Of a stretch of DNA of 64,000 bases, positions 26,777 through 36,059 are shown one piece after another (position 1 is the stretch's first letter; each line of letters opens with the position of its first letter). The DNA lies in assembly GCA_902604905.1 (NCBI GenBank), contig CACLAN010000001.1, forward strand, positions 75,118-139,117, read 5' to 3'. The notes beneath the pieces are model-generated. The model had not been told where the DNA came from, did no database searches, and saw only the letters and a list, made by a program, of their open reading frames with translations. The position numbers and the translations under genes were made by a program. Source of the DNA: an uncultured Alphaproteobacteria bacterium. GTDB lineage: Bacteria > Pseudomonadota > Alphaproteobacteria > HIMB59 > GCA-002718135.

Positions 26777-27771
26777 AAGTGAAAATAAGGAACTGATGAA
26801 GGCTCCAGCCATAACTTTCTCATTTCTTCACTAGAATTTAGTAAAGATATAGAAAATCCTCCACTATCTTGAGTTGTGATGTATTCATTAATTAAAGGTT
26901 TAAATATTTGAATATTATATTTTGATAAATATTCTTCTAAATCATTAAATATTATTAATAATTCCATTAAAGTTGTAGACCCTGATCCATTAACAAATGG
27001 TATAACTATATCGCCCGATTTGTAATTAAAATCATCAAATATTTTATCTAACATAAATGAAATAATTTTTTTAGATGGTTGAATTTTTTGCCTACCATAT
27101 CCAGACTCTCCATGAACACCCATTCCAATAAAAATTTCATCTTCTTCAATTGTGAAAATTTTTTCTCCAGTAATTGGAGATGTGCCAGGGCTTATTGCAA
27201 CTGATAATGTTCTTGTATTATCAACAATTTGTTTTCCTAGACTTAGTAATTGTTCAATATCAGCACCTTTTTCAGATAAGGCTCCAAGTATTTTATAAAC
27301 AAATGTTGTACCTGCCCCTCCTCTTCTTTGATCTTCATTTCCTCTTGGTGCAGAAGCTATGTCATCATACATAATTAAACAATTAGCATTTATATTTTCA
27401 TCTTCAGCCATTTCTATTGCCATTTCTCCATTCATTACATCACCAGAATGATTAGAAATTAATAATAAAATAGAAGAATGTTCCTTAAAAATTTTAATTC
27501 CTTCAAATATTAAATCTCCTGATGGAGCAGAAAAAATGTCTCCGACAATATTAGCATCAAGCATACCCTCACCAACCCAACCTACCGCAATAGGCTCATG
27601 CCCAGATCCATTTCCAATCAAGATGGGAACTTTACTAAATTGTTTTTTATTTTTTCGACAAATAATTCTTTTATTTATTTCAGAAAATTTAACTCTGTCT
27701 GAATGTGATTTAACATAACCACTCAACATATCATCCACGATATTTATGTTATTATTAATTATTTTTTTCAT
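26773..27771 (-). CDS. dhaK: Dihydroxyacetone-kinase-type kinase, substrate-binding subunit (DhaK domain)
   Basis: GNGSGHEPIAVGWVGEGMLDA and GMGVHGE are canonical DhaK blocks. Confidence 0.85.
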   Translation of the reverse strand: MKKIINNNINIVDDMLSGYVKSHSDRVKFSEINKRIICRKNKKQFSKVPILIGNGSGHEPIAVGWVGEGMLDANIVGDIFSAPSGDLIFEGIKIFKEHSSILLLISNHSGDVMNGEMAIEMAEDENINANCLIMYDDIASAPRGNEDQRRGGAGTTFVYKILGALSEKGADIEQLLSLGKQIVDNTRTLSVAISPGTSPITGEKIFTIEEDEIFIGMGVHGESGYGRQKIQPSKKIISFMLDKIFDDFNYKSGDIVIPFVNGSGSTTLMELLIIFNDLEEYLSKYNIQIFKPLINEYITTQDSGGFSISLLNSSEEMRKLWLEPSSVPYFHL

Positions 27772-28366
27772 TATTAATTTCCTTAAAGAATTCTTTTAAT
27801 ATTATAGACGTTGAATATGCGCCTGGATCTATCACACCAACACCTTTTGAATCTAAAAACTTTGCTCTGCCAACACGAGCTTCCAAAGATTTTGTGTATT
27901 CGAGAGATTCATCAATTTTTGTAATTATTTTATCAAAATCAATAAGATTATTTTGAATTAATTCTTGATGAATAGGCACATAAATATCTAAAAAACTTTT
28001 ATCACCAAAATTTACTTTACCTCTTGTTTCTATTTTATTTATAGTATTTGAAAAAGTAGTTAAGATTGTATTATAAAGATCATTAAAATTTAAATTACCT
28101 AATTCTTTAAAGAAGATTGTCATCAAAATACCAGAAGCGCCACCCATAGAAATCCTCATCAATTTCGAAATTTCATTCATCAATGATATTGAATTATCAA
28201 ATTCATTATTTGTTCTAAAATGAGATACAGCTTCCTCTAGGCCTCTTAATATTGTTGTACCGTGATCTCCATCACCAATCTCTTGATCAAGCATATTAAT
28301 TTTTTGACAGTTTTCTCTAATTATTAAACAAGAATTAGTTATCCATTTTTTATGAAATTCTATCAT
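27755..28366 (-). CDS. dhaL: Dihydroxyacetone-kinase-type kinase, nucleotide-binding subunit (DhaL domain)
   Basis: LDQEIGDGDHGTT and MGGASGILM are canonical DhaL blocks. Confidence 0.8.
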   Translation of the reverse strand: MIEFHKKWITNSCLIIRENCQKINMLDQEIGDGDHGTTILRGLEEAVSHFRTNNEFDNSISLMNEISKLMRISMGGASGILMTIFFKELGNLNFNDLYNTILTTFSNTINKIETRGKVNFGDKSFLDIYVPIHQELIQNNLIDFDKIITKIDESLEYTKSLEARVGRAKFLDSKGVGVIDPGAYSTSIILKEFFKEINNEKNN

Positions 28367-29205
28367 TTAATAAAATTCTTTAAATATTTATAAGATTTTT
28401 GAATTGCATCAAAAGGATTATCTTCAATATTTCTCCATGTAAATAAATCTTTACTTGTCTCTTGGTTTGATTGAATAAACATTTCTAAAGTAACATTGCC
28501 AGAATAATTTATTGTATTTAAAGTTTCAAAAATTCTATTAAAATTTAATCCCCCTGAACCAGGTATACCTCTATCATTTTCTGCTACATGAAAATGAAAA
28601 ATATTATGATTTGCTTTGAGAATTGACGCGCACATATCTTTCTCTTCTATATTCATATGATAAACATCTAACAATAAACCAACGTGAGAATGATTGATCA
28701 TCGAGCATAATTCTAAACCTTCATCAACAGTGTTAATAAAATCAGTTTCATATCTATTTAGAGGCTCTATTCCTAATTTAATATCTTTATCTTCTAAAAT
28801 GTCTGTTAATCCGATTAGAGTATTTGATGAATTTTTATATTTTAGAGATTTATCTTTTCCATAATTATCACTTATTCCCCATGCAGTGTGTATAACCCCA
28901 GATAAAATTTTAGACCCCATAAGAGAAGTCAAATTAATAGCCTCTATGAGTTTATCCTTACCTCTTTTTCTAATATTTTGATTATTACTTGTTATATCTT
29001 CATCTTTAGACAAACCTGTTGTACATGTAATATTAATATCTAGATCTTTACTTAATCTACCTATTTCTATGGCTGACTTTTCGTTTTGACCTAGTAATGA
29101 TACTTCAACTGAAGAGTAACCAGCATCTCTACAAAGTTTAATATAAGGAGTAATATCCTCTGACCAATTTTTAACAAATGTTGCTGAATGAACTCCTAAT
29201 TTCAT
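28363..29205 (-). CDS. Xylose-isomerase-like TIM-barrel sugar(-phosphate) isomerase/epimerase
   Basis: 280 aa. LGIEPLNRYETDFINT, LLDVYHMNIEE and FHFHVAENDRG are the typical AP-endonuclease-2/XI-like TIM metal-ligand blocks. Confidence 0.8.
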   Translation of the reverse strand: MKLGVHSATFVKNWSEDITPYIKLCRDAGYSSVEVSLLGQNEKSAIEIGRLSKDLDINITCTTGLSKDEDITSNNQNIRKRGKDKLIEAINLTSLMGSKILSGVIHTAWGISDNYGKDKSLKYKNSSNTLIGLTDILEDKDIKLGIEPLNRYETDFINTVDEGLELCSMINHSHVGLLLDVYHMNIEEKDMCASILKANHNIFHFHVAENDRGIPGSGGLNFNRIFETLNTINYSGNVTLEMFIQSNQETSKDLFTWRNIEDNPFDAIQKSYKYLKNFIK

Positions 29206-30311
29206 TTAAGATTATTTAATTTTTTAAAAAAATCATTAAAAATTTCATCTCTATTAACACCAAAGGCTTCTCTAATAAGATGATTGCTATCATTTTTAAT
29301 CCAGTACAAATCATTATCAAGTGATGAGGAATTGATAATTTTTGTTGGTACCCAATTTGGATTTATTAACCAAGCAATATTAATAACATCCCATATGACC
29401 CATGTTCTCCAACTTTGATCTAAAACACCTCTTTGTTTATGCAAAGGGTTATTTGTGTATAGAAAATATAAGTAATCACCTATTTCACCTCTTCCTTTTA
29501 CAAATTCTTTCATATCGGGTAACGAAAGAGTTAACTGTGCCCCCACATTGAAACCTGGTAGATAAACATGCGCAACACCACATTCAAAAAGTAATTGAGA
29601 TGCTAAAACATCTTGAACTAAATTCAATGAGTTTTTATTATTATTAAAACTGTATGTAGGAAAACCAGATGTCCAAACAACTACTAAATTTTTAATAATT
29701 TCTGGGTTTGTTAAAAGAGCCGAAGCGATATTTGTAAGACACCCTATTGCACAAACATAAATCTTTTCATTTGAATATTTTTTACACATATCTACAATGA
29801 ATTTACTAGATTCAGTTACTATTGGTTCGTTATAATTTTCTAAATATTTAGGCGAACCTCTAAACACCATTCCTTCATGTTTAATATTAAGTTTATTAAA
29901 TATAGTAATTATTTCTTGATAGCTTTTTTCAACTCCTTCTTCTGGTGTATCAAAATAAATATCATTTGGATGAATATTTGCATCTATGAGTCCATTAACC
30001 CAAGATCTATAATTAGAAACTAAATTTTCTTTAGTATTATCAATAGTTTTATTGTTAGATATTATATCGAATGCTTCTATTAATTCGTCTTTATGATGTT
30101 GAAAAGAATAAGGCTCAGCAGTAACTCCTAAAAGGTCAATTTTATCTTTTGATAATAATGTCCATGCTAATGCAAATTGATCATCTATTTCATTAGCTGT
30201 ATCTGTATCAAGTATCATTTTGTTTTTTCCACTTGGTAAGGATAAATTGTTAAGCAAAATTTCTTTTGATAATTTTGGGAATTTATCTAAAATTTTTTTA
30301 GGAACTTGCAT
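29202..30311 (-). CDS. Inosine-uridine-preferring nucleoside hydrolase (IUNH) family protein, variant motif
   Basis: MILDTDTANEIDDQFALAW resembles the IUNH D-x-D-x-x-x-D-D fingerprint, but with a 2-residue insertion. It is preceded by about 31 extra N-terminal residues in the ORF. Confidence 0.7.
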   Translation of the reverse strand: MQVPKKILDKFPKLSKEILLNNLSLPSGKNKMILDTDTANEIDDQFALAWTLLSKDKIDLLGVTAEPYSFQHHKDELIEAFDIISNNKTIDNTKENLVSNYRSWVNGLIDANIHPNDIYFDTPEEGVEKSYQEIITIFNKLNIKHEGMVFRGSPKYLENYNEPIVTESSKFIVDMCKKYSNEKIYVCAIGCLTNIASALLTNPEIIKNLVVVWTSGFPTYSFNNNKNSLNLVQDVLASQLLFECGVAHVYLPGFNVGAQLTLSLPDMKEFVKGRGEIGDYLYFLYTNNPLHKQRGVLDQSWRTWVIWDVINIAWLINPNWVPTKIINSSSLDNDLYWIKNDSNHLIREAFGVNRDEIFNDFFKKLNNLK

Positions 30312-30342
30312 GAAATAAAATATTTACTTTAATTTTTTAAAT

Positions 30343-31359
30343 TTATACATCTTTTAATTTTTTAACCGCATCAATTATTTTTTTTGTTGAAGGAATATAA
30401 AAATCTTCCATTGGTGGACTAAATGGTACAGGTGTATGAGGAGCAGTTATTTTAATTACTGCAGCTTTTAAATCTGAAAAACATTTTTCTGAAATTAAAG
30501 AAGATATTTCTGAAGCCAAAGAACATTTAGGGTTTGATTCATCAACAACTATAACTTTACCAGTTTTTTTGACTGATTGAAAAATTAATTCCTCATCAAG
30601 GGGAGAATAAGTTCTTGGATCAACTATTTCACAGCTAATATTAATTTTTTCTAATTCATCAGCTGCTTCTTCAGCAAATAAGTTCATTCTTTGAATAGCA
30701 ATAATAGTAACATCAGTTCCTTCTCTTCTTATTCTACCTTTACCAATTGGAATAGGTTTTAAATCATCAGGCACTTCACAGCTTGTCATGTATAATCTTT
30801 TATGCTCCATAAAAATTACTGGATCATCATCTTTTATTGAGGATAGTAAAAGACCTTTGGCATCGTATGCATCATATGGCGCAACAACCTTTAGCCCTGG
30901 TATATGAGTATAAAGACTATAAAGAGTTTGTGAATGTTCACTACCTGCACGAAATCCTGCACCAACTACAGTTCTTACAACCATCGGTACTTTTTGTTTG
31001 CCACCAAACATGTATCTCACTTTAGCTGCTTGATTCATCATTTGATCAAAACATACACCGGCAAAGTCTACATACATTAATTCCACAATAGGTCTTAAGC
31101 CTGTCATTGCAGCTCCAATAGCGGCACCGAAAAAACCTGCTTCTGCAATAGTAGTATCTCGAACTCTTTCTCCACCAAATTTAGTATAAAGCCCCTGAGT
31201 AACACCAAAAGGTCCTCCCCATGCATCTTGTGTACCTTGATATTGTTCTCGACCTTTACCTCCTGCAATATCTTCACCCATCAAAATAACATTTTTATCT
31301 TCTTCAAATGATTGAACTAAGGCATCATTAATTGCATCTTTAACTGTTTTTATTGTCAT
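30343..31359 (-). CDS. 2-oxoacid/acetoin dehydrogenase E1 component, beta subunit
   Basis: MGEDIAGGKG...GVTQGLYTKFGGERVRDTTIAEAGFFGAAIGAAMTGLRPIVE is the canonical E1-beta (transketolase pyrimidine-binding) sequence. Confidence 0.9.
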   Translation of the reverse strand: MTIKTVKDAINDALVQSFEEDKNVILMGEDIAGGKGREQYQGTQDAWGGPFGVTQGLYTKFGGERVRDTTIAEAGFFGAAIGAAMTGLRPIVELMYVDFAGVCFDQMMNQAAKVRYMFGGKQKVPMVVRTVVGAGFRAGSEHSQTLYSLYTHIPGLKVVAPYDAYDAKGLLLSSIKDDDPVIFMEHKRLYMTSCEVPDDLKPIPIGKGRIRREGTDVTIIAIQRMNLFAEEAADELEKINISCEIVDPRTYSPLDEELIFQSVKKTGKVIVVDESNPKCSLASEISSLISEKCFSDLKAAVIKITAPHTPVPFSPPMEDFYIPSTKKIIDAVKKLKDV

Positions 31360-32333
31360 CTATTAATTTCCACTGGATAGTTTACATATACTTCTTCAAG
31401 TGCGTCCTCTGGTTGAGGCCAAGGTTGAGTATCAGCAAAATCAAATGCTTTATCAACCTCTTCTTTAGCTTCATTAATAATTTTTTCTAAATCATTTTTG
31501 TTCAAACCATATTTTGATGAATTTTCTTTTGCTAACTTTATTGGATCATTTTGTTTTGCTTTATCAATTTCTTCTTGTGGTTGATAAAGTTGAGTATCGC
31601 CTTCGTACTGTCCAGAAAATCTGTAGTTTTTAAATTCTAAAAAAATGGGAGTATTTTTTTGTTTAGCTTCATTAATAGCTTTTTTTGTAATGTCGTAAAC
31701 TTCAAATACATTATTGCCATCACCAATGTACGAGAGCATGTCATAAGCTTTAGTTATATCTGATAACTCTTTTGTATTTAAATGCCAATCAGTTGCAGTA
31801 GCTTCCGCATAACCATTATTTTCACAAACAAAAATCATTGGTATATCCCATAGCTTTGCTAAACCTGCAGCTTCATGAAAAGCTCCATTATGAATTGCAC
31901 CATCACCAAAAAAAGATACACATGTTTTATTACTCTTATTTATTTTTTCTTGTAAAGCTGCACCTAAAACTACTGCTGGACCAGCTGCAACAATTCCAAA
32001 TGAACCAAGCATACCTTTACTAAAATCACTTATATGCATACTACCACCTCGCCCCTTGCAAATTCCAGTTTTTCTTCCATAAATTTCAGAAGTAATTTCG
32101 TTTAATTCACAACCTTTAGCTATAGCATGACCATGGTTTCTATACGTACTTGATATCCAATCATCTTGATTTAATGCTGCCATTACTCCTACACAAATAG
32201 CCTCAGAACCTATACAAGTGTGAAGATAGCCTGGTACTGTTTTCTCTTTAGCAATTTTTTTTATTCTTTCTTCAAAAAATCTAATCGTAAAGATTTTTTT
32301 ATAGATCCAATTAATTTTTTCTTTCTCAATCAT
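31356..32333 (-). CDS. 2-oxoacid/acetoin dehydrogenase E1 component, alpha subunit (ThDP-binding)
   Basis: GYLHTCIGSEAICVGV, YRNHGHAIAKG, GRGGSMHI and the ThDP motif GDGAIHNGAFHEA...VCENNGYA. Confidence 0.9.
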   Translation of the reverse strand: MIEKEKINWIYKKIFTIRFFEERIKKIAKEKTVPGYLHTCIGSEAICVGVMAALNQDDWISSTYRNHGHAIAKGCELNEITSEIYGRKTGICKGRGGSMHISDFSKGMLGSFGIVAAGPAVVLGAALQEKINKSNKTCVSFFGDGAIHNGAFHEAAGLAKLWDIPMIFVCENNGYAEATATDWHLNTKELSDITKAYDMLSYIGDGNNVFEVYDITKKAINEAKQKNTPIFLEFKNYRFSGQYEGDTQLYQPQEEIDKAKQNDPIKLAKENSSKYGLNKNDLEKIINEAKEEVDKAFDFADTQPWPQPEDALEEVYVNYPVEINR

Positions 32334-32439
32334 TTTTTATGAAAATACTAACGTTTAATATTAAAATATAGAAATAAGATTTAACTTAAGATTAAATAAT
32401 TGACAATAGATACATTATATCATTTAGTATAATTCGGAT

Positions 32440-33879
32440 ATGAAGGAAGTATTGACAATTGGTTTTGTAGCTACAGCAATTAGTCCTTACTTTTCAGAGG
32501 AACAACAGGTAAGAATAAAATCCGAAAATCATCTAAAAAAAATCATTGCAGAATATGACGGTAAATTAATTTGTTTCCATAAAACTATATTTTCTAAAGA
32601 GGACTCAGTAGAGGCAGAAAAATTTTTTAAAAACAAAATTGATTTTTTAATATTACAAACAAGTTCATGCAGTTCAGGAGAACAATTATACCCTCTTTGT
32701 AATATTACAAATAAAATGGGTTTATGGGCAGTTCCAGACCTTGAAAATGAGGGTGATGTAAAATTACACTCTTTAGTTTCAGTAAGTCATTATTTAGGAA
32801 TAATTAAAAAAATACTTCATGAAAAAAAAATTAAAACTAAATGGTTTTATAATTATGGTGATACTGATGAATTTAAAAACAAGTTTTTGATTACTTTAAG
32901 ATCATTAATAGCAGATAAAAAAATTAAACAATCAAAAATAGGATTAGTTGGTGGTATATCTCCAGGGTTTGACAATATGATTGTCGATAATAAAAAAATA
33001 AAACAAAATATTGGATCAACAATTGAAGAAACAACAATTAAAGAATTAATTTCACTTGCAAAAAGTTTTGATCAATCATTAATTGATCAAGAAATAAAAA
33101 AAATAAAAAATGCTGCATCTTCAATCTCAGTATCAGACGAAGAATCATTCAATAAAGTAACAAGAGTATATTTTGCATTAAAAAAAATGAGGCATGAAAA
33201 TAATTGGGACTCTATGGCAGTCCAATGTTGGTCTCAGTTTCAAGAATTATATGGAATTGCTCCCTGCATGGCTTATGGTTGGATGGGTAGCGAAGATGGT
33301 ATAGCGGTATCTTGTGAAGGAGATATTCAAGGTTCATTAAGCATGCTACTATTAAATTACATATCAAGTAGTGATAAATCATCTACACTATTAGATCTTG
33401 CAACATTTGATACGAAAGCTGATGCCGTATTAATGTGGCACTGCGGAGTGTCGCCAAGACATTTTGCGAATGAAGATGGAATAAAATGGGTTGATCATAG
33501 TACTTTAGGAAGAAAAACAGATAAAAAATATGGCGTTGCTGGAGATCAAGTATTTAAAGCTCAAAAATCTACAACAACATACTTAGGAAATAATGCTGAA
33601 AGAATACTAATTTTAAACTCAGAAATTTTTGAACATAATAATAAAGGTTTTGATGGAACAAGAGGATGGTTTAAAGAAACAAAATTGAATAGATCTCATA
33701 TTTCGGCAGAAAACTTGATAAATACTCTAAATATTATTGGACATGAACATCATTATGCCGTCGGTCAAGGAGATTATAGTAAAGAATTATTAGAATTTGC
33801 AGCTTGGAATGATTTAAAGCTTGTAGACGAGATTCCTTTAGTAGATTATATTTCACCAAAGGATAATGGATCAAATTAA
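32440..33879 (+). CDS. L-fucose/L-arabinose isomerase family sugar isomerase
   Basis: 479 aa. The N-terminal IGFVAT... Rossmann-like region, MAVQCWSQFQELYGIAPCMAYGWM and VSCEGDIQGSLSMLLL resemble the FucI/AraA-family core. Confidence 0.6.
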   Translation: MKEVLTIGFVATAISPYFSEEQQVRIKSENHLKKIIAEYDGKLICFHKTIFSKEDSVEAEKFFKNKIDFLILQTSSCSSGEQLYPLCNITNKMGLWAVPDLENEGDVKLHSLVSVSHYLGIIKKILHEKKIKTKWFYNYGDTDEFKNKFLITLRSLIADKKIKQSKIGLVGGISPGFDNMIVDNKKIKQNIGSTIEETTIKELISLAKSFDQSLIDQEIKKIKNAASSISVSDEESFNKVTRVYFALKKMRHENNWDSMAVQCWSQFQELYGIAPCMAYGWMGSEDGIAVSCEGDIQGSLSMLLLNYISSSDKSSTLLDLATFDTKADAVLMWHCGVSPRHFANEDGIKWVDHSTLGRKTDKKYGVAGDQVFKAQKSTTTYLGNNAERILILNSEIFEHNNKGFDGTRGWFKETKLNRSHISAENLINTLNIIGHEHHYAVGQGDYSKELLEFAAWNDLKLVDEIPLVDYISPKDNGSN

Positions 33880-33912
33880 ATTATTTTTTGATTCTATATA
33901 TTAGGAGGAAAG

Positions 33913-35163
33913 ATGAAAATTAAACTTAAATTTCTTACCTTAACATTTATAAGTTTATTTTTTTCAAAATTAGTATTTGCTGAAACTGCACCTGGATTTA
34001 ATTCATGGGATGATGTTGTTAAAGCAGCTGATGGCGGACAGGTAAACGTATATATGTGGGGTGGATCAGACGCTATCAATGGTTTTGTTGATGACTTTTA
34101 TGGAGTTCCGTTAAAAGAAAAGTATAATATAACTTTGAACAGAGTTCCTTTAAAGGGGACAGTTGACGCTGTTAACCAAGTACTAAGTGAAAAAGAAGCT
34201 GGAGTAACTGGCGATAATGGAAATATTGATTTAATTTGGATTAATGGAGAAAATTTCTGGACATTAAAACAAGCTAATCTTCTTTATGGACCATTCGCTG
34301 CTGGTTTACCCAACAGTGAATTTGTTGCTTGGGACAATCCAGCAGTAAACTTAGACTTTGGAAGACCTGTTGAAGGTATGGAAAGTCCATGGTCTAGTGC
34401 TCAGTTCCACTTTATGTATGACTCAGCTAGAAATAATTATGATGATATGCCTCGTAGTTATGCTGAATTAAGTAATTGGATAGAAGAAAATCCTGGAAGA
34501 TTTACTTACATAAGACCTGGTAAAGGTGGATTTGTTGGTACAAGATTTGTAAAACAAATTTTCTTTGAACTAAGTGGTGGACATGCGCAATGGGTAGGTC
34601 CATTCAATCAAGAATTATATGATAAGTGGGCTCCAGAAGTTTGGAAATTATTAAATTCTTGGGAAAAAGATCTGTGGAGAGGTGGAGAAACTTATCCAAA
34701 AGATAATGCAGAAATGCATAGTCTATTTGCTAATGGTGAAGTTGATTTAGACTTTACACAATCTCCAAGAGGTGCTGGACCTACAAATACTGCCGGAACA
34801 ACACCTCCAACATCAAGAGCATTTGCTTTTTATGAAAATATGATCGGAGATTTCAATTATTGGGCTATTCCTTATAACGCTCCTAACAAAGCTGCTGCTC
34901 TAGTATATGCAAACCTAGTATTAGAACCTGAACTACAAGCTGCTCAAGTACAACCAGCAAATGGTTTCTGCTGTGGTTGGGGTATTAGTACAGCTAAAGT
35001 TTCAGATTCTGCTGGAAAGGCAGCAATAGCTGAAGCTCAAAATAATCTTGGAGACGCTGCTGAGGATCAAGACATTCTTGCTAAAGCACTTGTTTCTGAT
35101 ATTGCTGCAGAATATCAAGATTTAATTGAAGCTGATTGGGAAGCAAACGTACTTTTAAAATAA
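33913..35163 (+). CDS. ABC importer periplasmic substrate-binding protein
   Basis: Signal peptide MKIKLKFLTLTFISLFFSKLVFA/ETAPG, followed by a 390-aa soluble domain. It is the first gene of an SBP, 2 permeases and ATPase set. Confidence 0.8.
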   Translation: MKIKLKFLTLTFISLFFSKLVFAETAPGFNSWDDVVKAADGGQVNVYMWGGSDAINGFVDDFYGVPLKEKYNITLNRVPLKGTVDAVNQVLSEKEAGVTGDNGNIDLIWINGENFWTLKQANLLYGPFAAGLPNSEFVAWDNPAVNLDFGRPVEGMESPWSSAQFHFMYDSARNNYDDMPRSYAELSNWIEENPGRFTYIRPGKGGFVGTRFVKQIFFELSGGHAQWVGPFNQELYDKWAPEVWKLLNSWEKDLWRGGETYPKDNAEMHSLFANGEVDLDFTQSPRGAGPTNTAGTTPPTSRAFAFYENMIGDFNYWAIPYNAPNKAAALVYANLVLEPELQAAQVQPANGFCCGWGISTAKVSDSAGKAAIAEAQNNLGDAAEDQDILAKALVSDIAAEYQDLIEADWEANVLLK

Positions 35164-35183
35164 AATAATATTTTATTTAGAAA

Positions 35184-36059
35184 ATGGGCGGAGAAAGATT
35201 AAAAATTATTTTATCTTTAACTCCGCCCCTTTTAATTATTTTTACTCTATTTTTTGGAGGAATTTTTTACGGTTTTTTACAAAGCTTAGGTTATCAACCA
35301 GCAATTGGAAAATATGAATTGAATTTTTCAGCATATTACAATGTTATGTTTTCCGAAAGATATGCAAAATTATTCTGGACTGGTTTAGGATTAAATTTAT
35401 GGGTCAGTTTTGCTAGTACTTTTTTAGCAGCAGTTTTGGCTTTATTTGGTGCTCTAGCAATAAGAAAAACATTTTTTGCAAAAACAATTTGTAATTTTAT
35501 ATATTCATTAAATCTACCAATGCCTCATTTAGTTGTAGCAGTTGGTATTATATTTGTGTTTTCTCAAAGTGGTTTATTAGCACGTTTAGCATCACAAATT
35601 GGATTAATTGCTAGTCCTGGAGATTTTCCTGTTTTAGTTAAAGATAAATATGGTTTTGGTATTATTCTTGCTTATATTTGGAAAGAAGCAGCATTCTTTT
35701 TTATAATTTTAATGTCAGTATTACAATCTTTGGGAGAAAATTTTGAAGAACTTGCTCAAAGTTTGGGAGCAAATAGATGGCAAAGATTTCGATATGTTAT
35801 TTTACCCTTGGTAATGCCAAATCTATTTTCTGCATCAATAATAGTCTTTGCCTTTAGTTTTGGCGCATATGAAGTGCCAGCATTACTAGGTGTAATTTAT
35901 CCTCAAATGTTACCCGTAATGGCATTTGAATTCTTTTTAAACCCAGATCTTAATGCAAGAAGTGAAGGAATGGCATTAAGTATTATTATTGCAATTATAG
36001 TAATGATTTTAGTTGTTCTTTATTTCTGGTTAACTCAGGCAAAAATTAGGAAAGATTGA
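35184..36059 (+). CDS. ABC importer permease 1
   Basis: 6 TM. EAA-loop ELAQSLGANRWQRFRYVILPLVMP. Confidence 0.85.
   Translation: MGGERLKIILSLTPPLLIIFTLFFGGIFYGFLQSLGYQPAIGKYELNFSAYYNVMFSERYAKLFWTGLGLNLWVSFASTFLAAVLALFGALAIRKTFFAKTICNFIYSLNLPMPHLVVAVGIIFVFSQSGLLARLASQIGLIASPGDFPVLVKDKYGFGIILAYIWKEAAFFFIILMSVLQSLGENFEELAQSLGANRWQRFRYVILPLVMPNLFSASIIVFAFSFGAYEVPALLGVIYPQMLPVMAFEFFLNPDLNARSEGMALSIIIAIIVMILVVLYFWLTQAKIRKD

Noticed and set aside
32400-32433. A perfect TTGACA at 32400-32405 and a TATAAT at 32428-32433, in the divergent control region of the big catabolic locus.
   Set aside because: The spacing is 22 nt, outside the 16-19 nt window for a sigma70 promoter. Other hexamer pairings are weak. 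It is not reported as a promoter.
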